Part shown: in pieces, positions 62,680 to 64,000 of the stretch
How positions within the stretch are numbered: position 1 is the stretch's first letter
Layout: every line of letters starts with the position of its first letter
Assembly (NCBI GenBank): GCA_026991225.1
Contig: JALXCB010000046.1
Location: 5,147-69,146, forward strand
Length of the DNA stretch: 64,000 nucleotides
From: Anaerolineae bacterium
Lineage (GTDB): Bacteria; Chloroflexota; Anaerolineae; J102
Direction: 5' to 3'
The notes under the pieces: model-generated
Seen by the model: the letters and a program-made list of their open reading frames with translations, nothing else
Databases searched by the model: none
What the model was told of the DNA's origin: nothing
Translations under genes and position numbers: made by a program

Positions 62680-62725
62680 TTCCCGGTCTACCGGTCTTCG
62701 GGTTTCCTGGTTTCCCCATCCTGTT
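62680..62725. repeat. Family B partial copy B5 (overlaps the histidine kinase C-terminus)
   Basis: CCGGTTTCCCGGTCTACCGGTCTTCGGGTTTCCTGGTTTCCCC. Confidence 0.6.
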
Positions 62726-63980
62726 TTCCAGGCAACGTGAACCAGAAGCGCGCGCCCTGGCCCGGTTCACTCGCCACGCCGATCTCGCCGCCGTGGGCCT
62801 CGACGATGCGTTTGGCGATGGCCAGGCCCAGGCCCGACCCGCCCGTGGCGTGGCTACGCGACTTCTCGCCCCGATAGAACTGGTCGAAAATGTAGGGGAG
62901 GTCGTCGGCCGCGATGCCCTCGCCCGTATCGATAACCTCCACCAGCGTGACTGACCCCTGCCGTCGGGCCTGCACCCGCATGTCGCCGCCCGTGGGCGTG
63001 TGACGGATTGCGTTGGCGATGAGATTCGCCAGCACCCGCTCGATCTTCTGTACATCCACCCGCACCAGGTCGGGACCAGCCGCCGAGTGGCCCGAAAGCG
63101 CCACGCCCTGGCGCGCAGCCGCCTCCGCGAAGCGGTTAACCGTGTCCGAAATGAGGTCGTTCAGATCCACCGGCTGCAAACTCAGCTCCAGCGCGCCCGC
63201 GTCGAACTGGGCCAGGTCGAAGAGATCGTCGATGAGCAGGGAGAGGGATTGGATATCCCGCTGGGCTGTGCGCAGATAGCGCTGCTGCATAGCCGGTTCC
63301 TCCACCAGGCCGTCGGCCAGGGCTTCAATCAGGGCCTGGATGGAGGCCAGGGGTGTGCGCAGGTCGTGGCCCGCCCAGGCGATGAGATTGCGCCGCATTT
63401 GGTCTAACTCCCGCTGCTTGCGGTCGGCTTCTTGCAGGCGCTGGGCCATGAGATTGAAAGTGCGGGCCAGCTCCGTCACCTCGTTGGAGCCCCGCTCCGG
63501 CGCCCGCACGTCGTAACGTCCGCGGGCGATGGCTCGGGCCGCGTCGTTCAGCTCCCGAATGTAATCGGCCACTGCGGTGGCGAAGAAATATCCCAGCGAC
63601 ATGGCAATGCCCCCGGCGAAGATGAGCAGCACCGTGGCCAGAAGCAAATCGTGTGCGCTGGCGAACATGAGCCGGGCCGTGAGCCACACGTTGAGAAAGG
63701 TGAGGATGCTGGCCAGGGCGTAGCCGCCCATGAGCAGCCAGCTAATGTGCGGGGCCTTCTGGGCCAGGCCCGTGCGGTAGGCCACATACCCGGCCAGGAT
63801 GGAGATGCCCGCGGTGATGCTCAGGAACAGCGCCATGGCCCGAAAATCGGCCACGGGCGGCTGCATGAGGAGCCAAAACAGCCCCAGGGCGATGATCATC
63901 GTCAGGATCACGCCCGCGATGAAGCGCAGGGTCAGGGAGGTCGAACGGGTGTGGGTGGAGGTAGTGAGGGTAGAGTGCAT
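62688..63980 (-). CDS. Sensor histidine kinase (2 TM + HAMP + HisKA + HATPase_c)
   Basis: 430 aa. ...[14 protein letters not shown]... H-box. ...[19 protein letters not shown]... G2 box. The C-terminal ~13 codons overlap a B-family repeat half-site. Confidence 0.85.
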   Translation of the reverse strand: MHSTLTTSTHTRSTSLTLRFIAGVILTMIIALGLFWLLMQPPVADFRAMALFLSITAGISILAGYVAYRTGLAQKAPHISWLLMGGYALASILTFLNVWLTARLMFASAHDLLLATVLLIFAGGIAMSLGYFFATAVADYIRELNDAARAIARGRYDVRAPERGSNEVTELARTFNLMAQRLQEADRKQRELDQMRRNLIAWAGHDLRTPLASIQALIEALADGLVEEPAMQQRYLRTAQRDIQSLSLLIDDLFDLAQFDAGALELSLQPVDLNDLISDTVNRFAEAAARQGVALSGHSAAGPDLVRVDVQKIERVLANLIANAIRHTPTGGDMRVQARRQGSVTLVEVIDTGEGIAADDLPYIFDQFYRGEKSRSHATGGSGLGLAIAKRIVEAHGGEIGVASEPGQGARFWFTLPGKQDGETRKPEDR

Positions 63981-64000
63981 GGCTGGTAAGAAGTATTCAG

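Overview
This is a high-GC (~65%) bacterial chromosomal segment. The gene content fits a Chloroflexota-like organism: coproporphyrin-dependent heme pathway, mevalonate-pathway enzymes and a glmS ribozyme. This placement is inference only.

Coding is dense and mostly housekeeping:
- A dispersed heme-biosynthesis cluster (hemA, hemC, hemD, hemB, an AhbD-like radical SAM/SPASM gene, hemE, hemY, hemL, hemH). Two putative toxin-antitoxin pairs sit inside it.
- A four-gene Na+-translocating (methylmalonyl-/oxaloacetate-type) decarboxylase operon.
- HMG-CoA reductase, thiolase, tsaC, miaB, glmS and deoA-like genes.
- An ECF sigma/anti-sigma pair, a P-type ATPase, several transporters, and a wax-ester synthase, patatin and GNAT neighbourhood.
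- A UvrD-type helicase fused to a PD-(D/E)XK nuclease, a large BNR-repeat secreted protein, and a LysM/CBM secreted protein.
- An unusual co-transcribed pair of an HPr-kinase-like protein and an arginine deiminase.

The most striking thing I can see directly is non-coding. At least seven families of short (about 40-200 bp) palindromic MITE-like repeats fill nearly every intergenic region, often as tandem composites of different families. Several copies or fragments lie inside intact reading frames or supply C-terminal tails and stop codons, which resembles Rickettsia palindromic elements (RPEs).

A glmS ribozyme lies upstream of glmS, with a repeat copy inserted between the ribozyme and the start codon.

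All non-CDS coordinates were read by eye and may be off by a few nucleotides.
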